Shown: positions 18,619 to 27,658 of the stretch, in pieces
How positions within the stretch are numbered: the first letter of the stretch is position 1
Layout: every line of letters begins with the position of its first letter
Source of the DNA: Gemmatimonadota bacterium
GTDB taxonomy: Bacteria > Gemmatimonadota > Gemmatimonadetes > Palauibacterales > Palauibacteraceae
Length of the DNA: 64,000 nt
Reading direction: 5' to 3'
NCBI GenBank assembly: GCA_046758745.1
Contig: JBHIAV010000006.1
Coordinates: 1 to 64,000 of the forward strand
The notes under the pieces: generated by a model
Told to the model about the DNA's origin: nothing
Databases searched by the model: none
Seen by the model: the letters and a program-made list of their open reading frames with translations, nothing else
Position numbers and translations under genes: made by a program

Positions 18619-21336
18619 ATGGGAACGGACAACCAGATCATGAGCGACGAGAACTATACAGCCTGGATCCACCCGCTCCAAGGAATGCCCATCCCCGCCC
18701 GTTGGATCCGCGTCGAGAGCGAAGGGGGAGCAGCGGACCCCGACGGGGAAGCGGATCCCCCCGCGCCGCAGCCTCGCCGCCAGGAGGGCCGCCTTCGCCT
18801 GCCGGTGATCTCCCTCCGCGGCACGGTGGTCTTCCCCTCCGTGGCCGCGCCGATCGCGGCGGGGCGCGAAAAGACGCTCGCCGCCATCGAGGCCGCGGTG
18901 GCCGGCGACAAGGTCGTCCTCGCCGTCGCGCAGCGGGACGCCGAGCTGGAGGACCCCGTGCCGGAGGGGCTGTACCGTGTGGGTACGATCTGTCGGATCG
19001 CCCAGCTGCAGAGGGTCCCGGGGGGGGTACAGCTCGTGATACAGGGCGATTCGAGAGGTGCCGTCCTCGAATACGGCGAACGGGACGGGAGGCTGGAAGC
19101 GGTGTGCCGCCGCATGGTGGACATGCCTCCGCTCGATCCCGACGACTCGGCGTTCGCCGCGCTCTACAAGGAGGTACGTGAGCGGGCCGCCCAGCTCAGC
19201 CGCCTGCGGGGCGTGCCCAAGGAGATCGTGGATCACCTGCTGGGTGGGATCTCCTCGGCTGGCGAGCTGGCGGATCTGGTCGCCTTCTACACGGAGTTGG
19301 AGGTGCAGGAGAAGCAGGAGTTGCTCGAGACCCTCTCCGTCGAGGACCGGCTCCGCAAACTTCTCCTCCACCTGCAGCGGCAGATCGGCGTCCTCGAGGC
19401 ACAGGAGCAGATCCGGAGCAAGGTCCAGGAGGAGCTCGGTGAGCGACAGCGCGAGATCTTCCTCCGCGAGCAGATGAAGGCGATCCAACGCGAGCTCGGC
19501 GAGGACGGCGACACGCAGGAGATCCAGGAGCTTCGCGAGCGTCTGGAGGCGCTCGACCTGCCGGAGGAGGCGCGCAAGGAGGTCGACCGTGAGCTTCGGC
19601 GGCTGGAGCGGATCCCGCGCGAGTCGGCCGAGGCTCAGGTGGTCCGCACCTACCTGGAGACGGTCGTCGACCTCCCGTGGAACGAGCGGACCGAGGACCG
19701 CCTCGATCTGAAACGGGCGGAGGAGATACTCGAACGCGACCATTACGGGCTGACGGACGTCAAGGAGCGGGTGCTCGACTTCCTCGCCGTCCGCCAGCTC
19801 CAGCAGCAACGCCTCGCCGGCCGGGCCGAGGAGAGTGAGGCCGGCGAGACCGAGCCCGACGCGGGGGGCGAGCCGGAGGCTGGAGGCGAGCCGGAGGCGA
19901 GAGGCGAGTCGGAGGCGGGGGGCGAGCCGGAGGCTGGAGGCGAGCCGGAGATGCCCCACCCGCAGGGACAGCCCGACGACCGGAGCGGCTCGACGCTCCT
20001 CTTCGTCGGACCGCCCGGTGTCGGGAAGACCTCCATCGCCAAGTCGATCGCGGAGGCCATGGGACGCAAGTACGTCCGCGTGTCGCTCGGCGGAGCGCGG
20101 GACGAGGCGGACATCCGCGGGCACCGCCGGACGTACGTGGGTGCCCTGCCGGGCCGCATCATCGAGGGCCTCAAACGGGCCGGCACGAAGAACCCCGTCT
20201 TTCTTCTCGATGAGGTGGACAAGCTCGGCGTCTCCTTCCAAGGGGACCCGTCGGCAGCGCTCATGGAGGTGCTCGACCCCGCACAGAACGACTCCTTCGT
20301 CGACCATTACCTGGGTGTCCCCTTCGACCTGTCTGAAGTGATGTTCATCGCCACCGCCAACGTGATCCACCAGATTCCGGGGCCGCTTCGCGACCGGATG
20401 GAAGCGATCGAGTTCCGCGGGTACACGGAGAGCGAGAAGCTGGAGATCGCCAACCGTTTCCTCGTCCCCCGGCAGATCGAGCAGAACGGTCTGCGGCCGG
20501 ATCAGCTCCACGTCGACCAGGACGCGATCCGCAAGGTCATCACGAGCTACACTCGCGAGGCGGGAGTGCGAAACCTGGAGCGGGAGCTCGGCGCCATCGC
20601 GAGGAAATCGGCCAGACGGATCGCTTCGGGAGACGCCGAGAGCGTGACCGTGATGCAGGAGGACCTCCGAGAGCTGCTCGGCCAGCCAAGGGTGCATCCG
20701 GAGAAGAAGCTGGCCGTGGACACGGTGGGCGTGGCGACCGGCATGTACTACACGCCGGCCGGCGGCGACATCATGCTGGTCGAGTCCAGCGTGATGGAGG
20801 GGAAAGACAGCCTCGTCCTCACGGGTCAGCTCGGCGATATCATGAAGGAGAGCGCCCGCGCCGCGCTCACCTACGCGCGGAGCCACGCCGAGGAGCTGGG
20901 AATCCCGGTGGAGAATCTCCGGGACCGCGAGATCCACGTGCACGTGCCCGCCGGTGCGGTTCCGAAGGAGGGACCGTCGGCGGGGATCGCCATGGCGATC
21001 TCGCTCATCAGTGCTCTGAGCGGGAGGGCCGTGCGGCACGACATCGCGATGACGGGCGAGCTGACGCTCACCGGCCGGGTGCTGGCGATCGGCGGGGTCA
21101 AGGAGAAGGTCCTCGGCGCGCAACGCGCGGGGATCACCCGGATCATCCTCCCGGCAGAGAACGAGGGCGACCTGGAGGATCTCCCCGAGCAGATCCGAAG
21201 CTCGATCGAGTTCTGCCCCGTGCGGACGCTTGACGAGGTGATGAGGCTCGCCCTTCGCTCGCTGCACGAGGAGAAGCGGCCGCGCCGCGCCAGGGCGCGG
21301 AAGGAGGGTCCGAGCGAGATCTCGGCCCCCCTCTGA
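18619..21336 (+). CDS. lon: ATP-dependent protease La (Lon)
   Basis: Walker A GPPGVGKT, GHRRTYVG, LLDEVDK and the Ser-Lys dyad (PKEGPSAG, GGVKEK). Confidence 0.96.
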   Translation: MGTDNQIMSDENYTAWIHPLQGMPIPARWIRVESEGGAADPDGEADPPAPQPRRQEGRLRLPVISLRGTVVFPSVAAPIAAGREKTLAAIEAAVAGDKVVLAVAQRDAELEDPVPEGLYRVGTICRIAQLQRVPGGVQLVIQGDSRGAVLEYGERDGRLEAVCRRMVDMPPLDPDDSAFAALYKEVRERAAQLSRLRGVPKEIVDHLLGGISSAGELADLVAFYTELEVQEKQELLETLSVEDRLRKLLLHLQRQIGVLEAQEQIRSKVQEELGERQREIFLREQMKAIQRELGEDGDTQEIQELRERLEALDLPEEARKEVDRELRRLERIPRESAEAQVVRTYLETVVDLPWNERTEDRLDLKRAEEILERDHYGLTDVKERVLDFLAVRQLQQQRLAGRAEESEAGETEPDAGGEPEAGGEPEARGESEAGGEPEAGGEPEMPHPQGQPDDRSGSTLLFVGPPGVGKTSIAKSIAEAMGRKYVRVSLGGARDEADIRGHRRTYVGALPGRIIEGLKRAGTKNPVFLLDEVDKLGVSFQGDPSAALMEVLDPAQNDSFVDHYLGVPFDLSEVMFIATANVIHQIPGPLRDRMEAIEFRGYTESEKLEIANRFLVPRQIEQNGLRPDQLHVDQDAIRKVITSYTREAGVRNLERELGAIARKSARRIASGDAESVTVMQEDLRELLGQPRVHPEKKLAVDTVGVATGMYYTPAGGDIMLVESSVMEGKDSLVLTGQLGDIMKESARAALTYARSHAEELGIPVENLRDREIHVHVPAGAVPKEGPSAGIAMAISLISALSGRAVRHDIAMTGELTLTGRVLAIGGVKEKVLGAQRAGITRIILPAENEGDLEDLPEQIRSSIEFCPVRTLDEVMRLALRSLHEEKRPRRARARKEGPSEISAPL
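19861..19950 (+). repeat. In-frame 18-bp tandem repeat, five copies (AGGEPE-like), inside lon
   Basis: Units close to GCNGGNGGCGAGCCGGAG; units 1-2 are identical to units 4-5. Confidence 0.9.
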
Positions 21337-21348
21337 GGAGGGGGTCGT

Positions 21349-21948
21349 TTAGACCGGCTCGGCAGCCTTCCGGGCGCGTTCCTTGAGCCGGGTCACCTCT
21401 TCACCGTCGAGCACGACCCTGAGCTCAGGCTCACACGCCTCGACGACCGGGATGCCTCCCTCGGGAAAAACGGAGCAACACGGCCGCTCGCCCTGGCAGT
21501 GGTCGTCCACCGTCAGCTCCCCGTCCACCACGGTGATCGGGAAGAGGCGGCAAAAGAACGGCTTGAGCTGCGGAAGCTCGCGGTTGAGCGTCGAGGCGAT
21601 CTGGAGGACGCACAGTCCCTCACCGTTCAGGAAGACGCATCCACGATCCGTCGCCTCCGTCCCCACACACTCTCCCCCCTCGAAGTCCCGATCTTTCAGA
21701 ATCTCCGTCTCGAACCACCTCGAGGGGTCCTGACGCTGGGACGGATCCATGCATGCCCGTACGGCATCGGCATGCCGGAGGATGAGGTCCCGCTGGGCGA
21801 GAGACAGGTACACACCCGAGTGGCAGCAGTAACCGTCGCACGCCGTGGCCGGCACCTTCCCGGGGTCCGCGAGGAAGCATTCCAGGAGATCCGGATCCAC
21901 TTCGTAGTGGCGCGCCTCTTCCGGCAGATCGATGCGCTTCCTGCTCAA
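21349..21948 (-). CDS. Cys-rich protein, DUF3109/YkgJ (CxxCxxCC)-like
   Basis: CDGYCC, CVFLN..GLCVLQ, KPFFCRLFP; TTG start overlaps the upstream stop (TTGA). Confidence 0.7.
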   Translation of the reverse strand: MSRKRIDLPEEARHYEVDPDLLECFLADPGKVPATACDGYCCHSGVYLSLAQRDLILRHADAVRACMDPSQRQDPSRWFETEILKDRDFEGGECVGTEATDRGCVFLNGEGLCVLQIASTLNRELPQLKPFFCRLFPITVVDGELTVDDHCQGERPCCSVFPEGGIPVVEACEPELRVVLDGEEVTRLKERARKAAEPV

Positions 21949-22658
21949 TCGAGCTCCTGGTCGGGGTTCTCCATGGCGGGGGCCGGAAGGCCCACCGGGA
22001 CGCTTCCTGCGAGCACATCGAGCAGCCCCTCGACTCGTCGAAGCCAATAGTGCGGGCTGGCCGGGGCCAGATCCGCCGGCGCGAACGGACCCCACAGGGC
22101 AGCCGCGGTGAACGTGCCCGCCGCATGACCGGCCTGCAAGTCGTGGACGCTGTCGCCGACGAAGATCGCTCGGCCAGGGTGTGCCTCCCCGATCCGGCGC
22201 AGCGCGGCACGCACAGGCTCGGCGTCCGGCTTGTGCCGATCGACGTCGTCCGCCGCGACGATGACGGAGAACAGGCGCTCGGGAATCCCGCACGCTCGGA
22301 GGCCGAGTCGAACTCCATCCGAAAGCTTGCTCGATACGATGCCCAGCCGATACCCGTCCGTGGCGATGTGCTCAAGCGTCTCACGCACGCCGGGAAAAGC
22401 GCGAATCATGGCATCGTGCATCTCCAAGTTGTAGCGAAGATATGTCGCCATCATCTGGCGAACCTCCCCTTCATCGCTCGCGAACTCCCGCAGCTGGGCG
22501 AGAAGCGGAGTGCCCATCGTCGCGAGCCAGGCCGCGTCGGGCGGCACCGATCCCGTGTGGATACGCAGCGTGTGGCGGAACGAGCTGAGAATCAATTCCA
22601 GCGAATCGACGAGGGTTCCGTCGAAGTCGAAGAGAATCGTTCGGAAAGGAGCCGACAT
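21945..22658 (-). CDS. HAD-family phosphatase (PpaX/phosphoglycolate phosphatase-like)
   Basis: FDFDGTLVDS, VSSK, KPD and GDSVHD motifs. Confidence 0.88.
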   Translation of the reverse strand: MSAPFRTILFDFDGTLVDSLELILSSFRHTLRIHTGSVPPDAAWLATMGTPLLAQLREFASDEGEVRQMMATYLRYNLEMHDAMIRAFPGVRETLEHIATDGYRLGIVSSKLSDGVRLGLRACGIPERLFSVIVAADDVDRHKPDAEPVRAALRRIGEAHPGRAIFVGDSVHDLQAGHAAGTFTAAALWGPFAPADLAPASPHYWLRRVEGLLDVLAGSVPVGLPAPAMENPDQELD

Positions 22659-22875
22659 CTCGTGTTGACTGAGGGAAGCATCCCGGACACATTTTGGGCC
22701 ACTTGGTCCGCCGCCGATCCGCGCGCCGGCGAGCCAAGCTCGCTCGCACCGCACCGCCCCCAGCTTCACCGGCTGCACGTAGCGCGCTGACGGGCGAGCG
22801 CTCACATCACCGGGCGGACACTATAGAGCGGGGCCTTCCCAGGGGCCAGCGGGGCCCAGCCAACATCGGAGGCCG

Positions 22876-23988
22876 ATGGGAGAGTCTACCCACGAGATTC
22901 GCCGGATCGCCATCAACACCGGAGGAGGCGACGCTCCGGGGCTCAACGCCGTCATCCGTGCCGCTGTCCTAGCCGCCGTGAACCGTGGCTGGGAGGTGTT
23001 CGGGATAGAGAACAGCTATGATGGGCTGCTGTCGGACGAGTCGGCGAAGGTCGTTCCTCTGACCCGCGAGAGCGTTCGGGGAATCACCCATCTCGGCGGC
23101 ACCATCCTAGGAACGACCAACCGGGGCAGTCCTCTACGGTGGCCGGTCACGCGACGGGATGGAACGATCGACTACCGAGACCGCTCGCACGAGATCCTCG
23201 ATGCCTTCCGGAAGATGGGATTCGACGCTCTGATCGCCATCGGCGGCGACGGGAGCCTCCACATCGCCAACGAGCTGGCGAAGAAGGGGTTGCCCGTGGT
23301 GGGCGTCCCGAAGACGATCGACAACGACCTGTCGGCGACCTCCCTCAGCTTCGGCTTTCTCACCGCGGTGGAGACGGCGACCGACGCGATCGACAAGCTC
23401 CACTCGACCGCCGAAAGCCATCAGCGGGTGATGGTCGTCGAGCTCATGGGGGCCGATGCCGGGTGGATAGCCCTGTTCAGCGGCGTCGCCGGGTCAGCGG
23501 ATGTCATCCTCATCCCCGAGATCCCTTTCCACATCGCCAAGGTGTGCGACAAGATCAAGGAGCGGGAGGAGCTCGGCCGCCACTTCAGCATCGTGTGTGT
23601 CGCCGAAGGGGCACGACCCATCGGGGGCGGTGTGGTGACCAAGGAGGTCTCAGGGGGCGGGGCGAAGCAGGTCCGGCTGGGCGGCATCGGCGCTCGCGTG
23701 GCGGAGGAGATCGCCGGTTGTACGGGGAAGGAGACCCGGTCGATCGTCCTCGGACACCTGCAGCGCGGCGGTTCTCCGATCGCCTATGACCGGCTGAACG
23801 CCCTTCGGTTCGGGACCGCGGCCGTCCGGTCCGTCGAGAACCGGGAGTTCGGGTGCATGGTAGGGCTCGACCCACCGAACGTGAGGGCGGTTCCTCTCGA
23901 CGTGGCACTGAGGCAGAAGAAGTATGTCCCGCTCGACAGCGACATCGTGCTGACGGCACGAGCTCTCGGAATCAGCTTCGGGGACTGA
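22876..23988 (+). CDS. pfkA: 6-phosphofructokinase (PfkA family, GGDG/PKTIDND type)
   Basis: TGGGDAPGLN, GGTILGTTNR, IGGDGS, PKTIDND and LGHLQRGG motifs. Confidence 0.92.
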   Translation: MGESTHEIRRIAINTGGGDAPGLNAVIRAAVLAAVNRGWEVFGIENSYDGLLSDESAKVVPLTRESVRGITHLGGTILGTTNRGSPLRWPVTRRDGTIDYRDRSHEILDAFRKMGFDALIAIGGDGSLHIANELAKKGLPVVGVPKTIDNDLSATSLSFGFLTAVETATDAIDKLHSTAESHQRVMVVELMGADAGWIALFSGVAGSADVILIPEIPFHIAKVCDKIKEREELGRHFSIVCVAEGARPIGGGVVTKEVSGGGAKQVRLGGIGARVAEEIAGCTGKETRSIVLGHLQRGGSPIAYDRLNALRFGTAAVRSVENREFGCMVGLDPPNVRAVPLDVALRQKKYVPLDSDIVLTARALGISFGD

Positions 23989-24079
23989 GAGCTCGAATCC
24001 GTCGGCGGCCCGAGGGCGGATGAAAAGGGATGCCCCTCAGAGCGCTCCTCACGCCTCCGGTACCGGCGACCCTCTCCGA

Positions 24080-24700
24080 TCAGCGCGAGGCCGCCGCCAT
24101 CGATCGCGCCGCCTCGAAGCGCTCCGCCACATCGATCCAGTTCACGATGTTCCACCAGTTGTCGACGTAGTCGCCCCGCTTGTTCTGGTACTTCAGGTAG
24201 TACGCGTGCTCCCACACATCGAGAACGAGGATGGGCGTGATGCCCTGCGCCGTCAGGTTCTGGTGCTTCTCCGCCTGGAGAACCAGGAGGTGCGACGCCT
24301 GGGGCTCCCACCCGAGGATCCCCCATCCGCTTCCCTCGACCCCCTTGGCGGCGGCAGAGAAGTGCGCCCTGAAGGTGTCCGCCCCTCCGAAGTCCTTTGC
24401 GAGCTGCTCGGCCAGCGCCCCGGAAGGCTCCCCGCCCTCCCCGGCCGGCGTCATGTTGGGCCAGAAGATCGAATGGAGAAGGTGTCCCGAGGCATTGAAA
24501 GCGAGATCGCGTGAGATCGCTTTCACGGCCGCGTAATCGCCGGCCTCCCGCGCCTTCTCCAGCTTGTCGAGCGCCGCATTCGCGCCGTTGACGTAGCCCA
24601 GATGGTGGATGTCGTGATGGAGCCGCATGGTCTGCTCGTCGATGTACGGCTCGAGGGCATCGTACCCGTACGGAAGATCCGGGAGAGTATAGCGTGCCAT
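24080..24700 (-). CDS. sod: Fe/Mn superoxide dismutase
   Basis: LPDLPYGYDALEP, HHDIHH, GHLLHSIFW and DVWEHAYYLKY; GGAGG before ATG 24700. Confidence 0.95.
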   Translation of the reverse strand: MARYTLPDLPYGYDALEPYIDEQTMRLHHDIHHLGYVNGANAALDKLEKAREAGDYAAVKAISRDLAFNASGHLLHSIFWPNMTPAGEGGEPSGALAEQLAKDFGGADTFRAHFSAAAKGVEGSGWGILGWEPQASHLLVLQAEKHQNLTAQGITPILVLDVWEHAYYLKYQNKRGDYVDNWWNIVNWIDVAERFEAARSMAAASR

Positions 24701-24740
24701 CTTCGGCCTCCTCATGAACGCCGCTGAACGGCCGTTTCGG

Positions 24741-24763
24741 AGATTGAGACGGAGTATCAATCT
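24741..24763. promoter_or_regulatory. Fur/PerR-like palindromic operator upstream of sod
   Basis: AGATTGA-GACGGAGTA-TCAATCT inverted repeat overlapping a minus-strand TAGATT -10-like hexamer. Confidence 0.55.
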
Positions 24764-24969
24764 AGCATCGCGGTGCCGTCCGGACCACGGGCCTGCGGCA
24801 GGCCGCGGGCGCTGCGACGGGCCGAGCTGCTCTGCGGCCGGCCGCTCCAATGTGACTTCGCGGAGTGCGTGGCTTTCTGCATGGGATCGGGAAGGGAAGT
24901 GTGGCCACGTGGGAGCGGCCGGTGCGTGTGGTGGCAAGGCTGCTAACAACTTACGCCGACCCGGTCTCC

Positions 24970-24986
24970 CTGGTATGCGACTTGCT
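24970..24986 (+). promoter_or_regulatory. Putative sigma-54 (-24/-12) promoter
   Basis: CTGGTATGCGACTTGCT gives GG-N10-GC, about 95 bp upstream of ATG 25081. Confidence 0.6.
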
Positions 24987-25080
24987 CCTCCGCGCCACGA
25001 GCACACGCGAACAGGAAACAGCGGGCGCCGAATCGGCTGCGGTCGGCTCGGCGCTCATGTAGGGCTCTCGGAGGCTTCAT

Positions 25081-26166
25081 ATGAACCGATATCTGGACCG
25101 AGGCTTTCTTTCTCTACTGGTCTTCTCCTTCGCGCTGGGAATCGGCGGGTGCGGCGGCGACCCGGCGGGTCCAAGCGGGGAGTTCGACGCTGTCGGGGTG
25201 GCGCAGTCCCTGGACGGGGTACGCGGCAACCTGGATGACGACAGCGACATGATCATCAGCCTCGACCTAGTCGGCTCGGCCCTGCAGCAGCAGACGGGAA
25301 CACCGTCGTTGGTCGGCGGCGACCTCTCGCGTCCGGGCTTCGCGGCCAGCATCGCACCGGCCCGCACCCTGCTGTCGGCCGGAAGCGCTTCGGCGCCGAT
25401 CTTCCCCAGCAACCTCCTCGGGAAGACGTTCGTGTGGAGTGCCGCCGAGGACAGCTACGTCATCGATGAGACGCTCACCGGCGCTCCGGCGAACGGCGTC
25501 AGGTTCCTCCTGTACGCGATCAACCCGATCACGCGCAGGCCGGCCGTGCCGCTTGTCGTCGTAGGTCGGGCAGACCTGATGGACGAGAGCAGCGCGGAGT
25601 CGACGCGCCTCGCCGTCCAGGCGGTGGTCGGAGAGCAGACGCTGATCGACTACTTCGTCGAGGCCTCCTTCACCCAGACGCAACAGACGGTAAGCGTGAA
25701 CCTCGACGCCCTGGGCTTCATCTCCGACGGCAGTGTTCGCCTGGACTTCGATCTCTCGGAATCGGTAGGCCTCTCCGACGCCGCGCAGACCTTCACCATC
25801 TCGCTCCTCCACTCACTGGAGGTGGCTGCCGAGGACGTCGCCGTCACCCTCTCCGTGAACGGTGAGTTCGACTTGGTGACAGAGGTCCCCGTCAGCCTAG
25901 CGTTCACGCTCACGGTCCGTGAGGGGCCCAATACGCTGGTGTTCACCGGCGAGGCGACCGATGTCGCGATCGACGGCTCGCTCGCCTACAACGGCGAGGT
26001 CGTCGTGCTGGCGAGCGGCGATCCGGACAACCCGACCTTCACGCGGGCGGACGGCTCCGAGCTGAGCGCGGCCGACGCTCAGGCGCTGAGAGACATCTTC
26101 AATACGGTCGGTGAGGTCTTCGACTTCGCCGAAGAGATCCTGGACCCGCTGGGCGATCTGCTGTAA
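25081..26166 (+). CDS. Hypothetical acidic, beta-rich lipoprotein
   Basis: Signal peptide ending IGGC; GGAGG RBS; coherent 361-aa ORF. Confidence 0.8.
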   Translation: MNRYLDRGFLSLLVFSFALGIGGCGGDPAGPSGEFDAVGVAQSLDGVRGNLDDDSDMIISLDLVGSALQQQTGTPSLVGGDLSRPGFAASIAPARTLLSAGSASAPIFPSNLLGKTFVWSAAEDSYVIDETLTGAPANGVRFLLYAINPITRRPAVPLVVVGRADLMDESSAESTRLAVQAVVGEQTLIDYFVEASFTQTQQTVSVNLDALGFISDGSVRLDFDLSESVGLSDAAQTFTISLLHSLEVAAEDVAVTLSVNGEFDLVTEVPVSLAFTLTVREGPNTLVFTGEATDVAIDGSLAYNGEVVVLASGDPDNPTFTRADGSELSAADAQALRDIFNTVGEVFDFAEEILDPLGDLL

Positions 26167-26338
26167 CGGGTGTGAACCTGCTCGGGCGCGCCCGAGCGGA
26201 GCGAGCCACTACCCGTTCCAGCGAGACCGCGCATTGACAAGCGACGGCTGAAGCACTGACAGCCCACTGAGGTACGAGGGGCCCTCTCTCAGAGGTCTTG
26301 CCTCCGCCTCTTCCCCCAGAGGAGCGGCTTCCTCTGCC

Positions 26339-27322
26339 TCAGTGGGCGATTCCCTTCAGCGCCCTCCTCACGAGCACCGGCACCATCGCCCGCCGCCACT
26401 CCGTGTCCACGATGATGTTGTCCAGCGGGTGGCACTGCCGGAAGGCCTGTTGGGCCACCGCGTCGATCACCGAGGCGGTCAGCCGGTTGCCCAGCGCGGC
26501 CTCCTGCACCTTGCCGATCCGTCGCGGATAGGCCGCCAGAGCCGAGGCGACCATTTCCAGGGCAGTGACGCGGCCTTCGTCGTCGAAGCGCGCCGACACG
26601 GCGAGGTTGAGGATCGGAAAGTCGATCGAGCCGCGCGGGCGGAGCTTCTGGAAGGCGAGACAGGTCCCAGGCTCCGGCCACGGAACGCGGATCGCCACCA
26701 GGAGTTCATCCGGCGCCATGCGACGGTTCCACACGCCATCGTTGGTGAAGAACTCCTCGACCGGCACGGTCCTCCGTCCGCCGGGACCCGCGATCTCGAG
26801 GGAAGCGCCGAGCGTCATGAGCACCGGGGGCGCATCGGCGGAGTGGGCCGCCACGCATCGGGTGCCCGCCTTCACCACGTAGCAGGTGTCCCCGTCCTTC
26901 TTGAGGCAGAAGCCGAGCGCCTTTCGCCAGAAGTAGGTCTGGTTGTAGTAGGTGCAGCGGGTGTCGAGGCACACGTTGCCCCCGATCGTGCCCATGCGGC
27001 GGAGCTGCGGGCCGGAGATGAGCCCGCAGGCCTGGGCGAGGGAAGGGAGGCGGCTCCGAACCGCCGGATGTCCGGCGAGGGAGTCCAGGGTCTCCGCCGC
27101 GCCGATCCGCAGGCCCTCCTCCGTCTGCTCGATGCCTCGCAGCTCCTCGATCCCCTTGAGCGCCACCAGGTGCTCCGGGGTGAAGAGCCGGTGCTTCATG
27201 TTGGGCACCAGGTCGGTTCCGCCGGCGATCGGAAGGGCCTTTCCCGCGTGCTCGGCGAGGGTCGCCAGCGCCTCCTCGACCGTCCCGGGCCGGTGGTAGC
27301 TGTACGGGTGCAGACGAAGCAT
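26339..27322 (-). CDS. FAD-binding subunit of a xanthine-dehydrogenase-family enzyme with a [4Fe-4S] insert (HcrB-like)
   Basis: AGGTDL and MGTIGGNVCLDTRCTYYNQ...CLKKDGDTC...RC Cys-rich insert. Confidence 0.85.
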   Translation of the reverse strand: MLRLHPYSYHRPGTVEEALATLAEHAGKALPIAGGTDLVPNMKHRLFTPEHLVALKGIEELRGIEQTEEGLRIGAAETLDSLAGHPAVRSRLPSLAQACGLISGPQLRRMGTIGGNVCLDTRCTYYNQTYFWRKALGFCLKKDGDTCYVVKAGTRCVAAHSADAPPVLMTLGASLEIAGPGGRRTVPVEEFFTNDGVWNRRMAPDELLVAIRVPWPEPGTCLAFQKLRPRGSIDFPILNLAVSARFDDEGRVTALEMVASALAAYPRRIGKVQEAALGNRLTASVIDAVAQQAFRQCHPLDNIIVDTEWRRAMVPVLVRRALKGIAH

Positions 27323-27401
27323 GGTCTCCGTGTCGGACCCGGTCGCGTCCGCCGTCTACCGGGTCATCGAGGTCGGGGCTCTCCCCTCCGGCCGGCGGCG
27401 G

Positions 27402-27458
27402 GCCCGGCGTCCGGTCAGCGCGCCCGCTGCGCGGCCAGCATCCGGTCAGCCCGTGCCC
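27402..27458. repeat. 57-bp direct repeat, copy 1
   Basis: 52/57 identical to 29147-29203. Confidence 0.85.
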
Positions 27459-27658
27459 AGACGCGGTGGGCCCGGCGTCCGGTCGCTCACCACGAACCCG
27501 GAGGCTCGCGGCCGACTCTTAAAAGATAACCCAGCCCCACCGGCGGACCAACGACGCGGAAGCCGGCGGCGCTCCCCGACTACCCCGCCCCGATGTTCGA
27601 TGTAGCGTGCCCTCCGGAACCGTCCTGATGCTCTCCCGCCGGACGCTGATCGCGACGC

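Noticed and set aside
18193..21267. 1024-aa minus-strand ORF, and similar long shadow ORFs at 1674-3827, 38347-40728 and 60780-62969
   Set aside because: They lie antisense to well-supported genes, have no recognisable motifs, and are expected at this GC content
27402..27487. Mini CRISPR-like array
   Set aside because: Repeats are only about 18 bp with 13-19 bp spacers, and there are no cas genes
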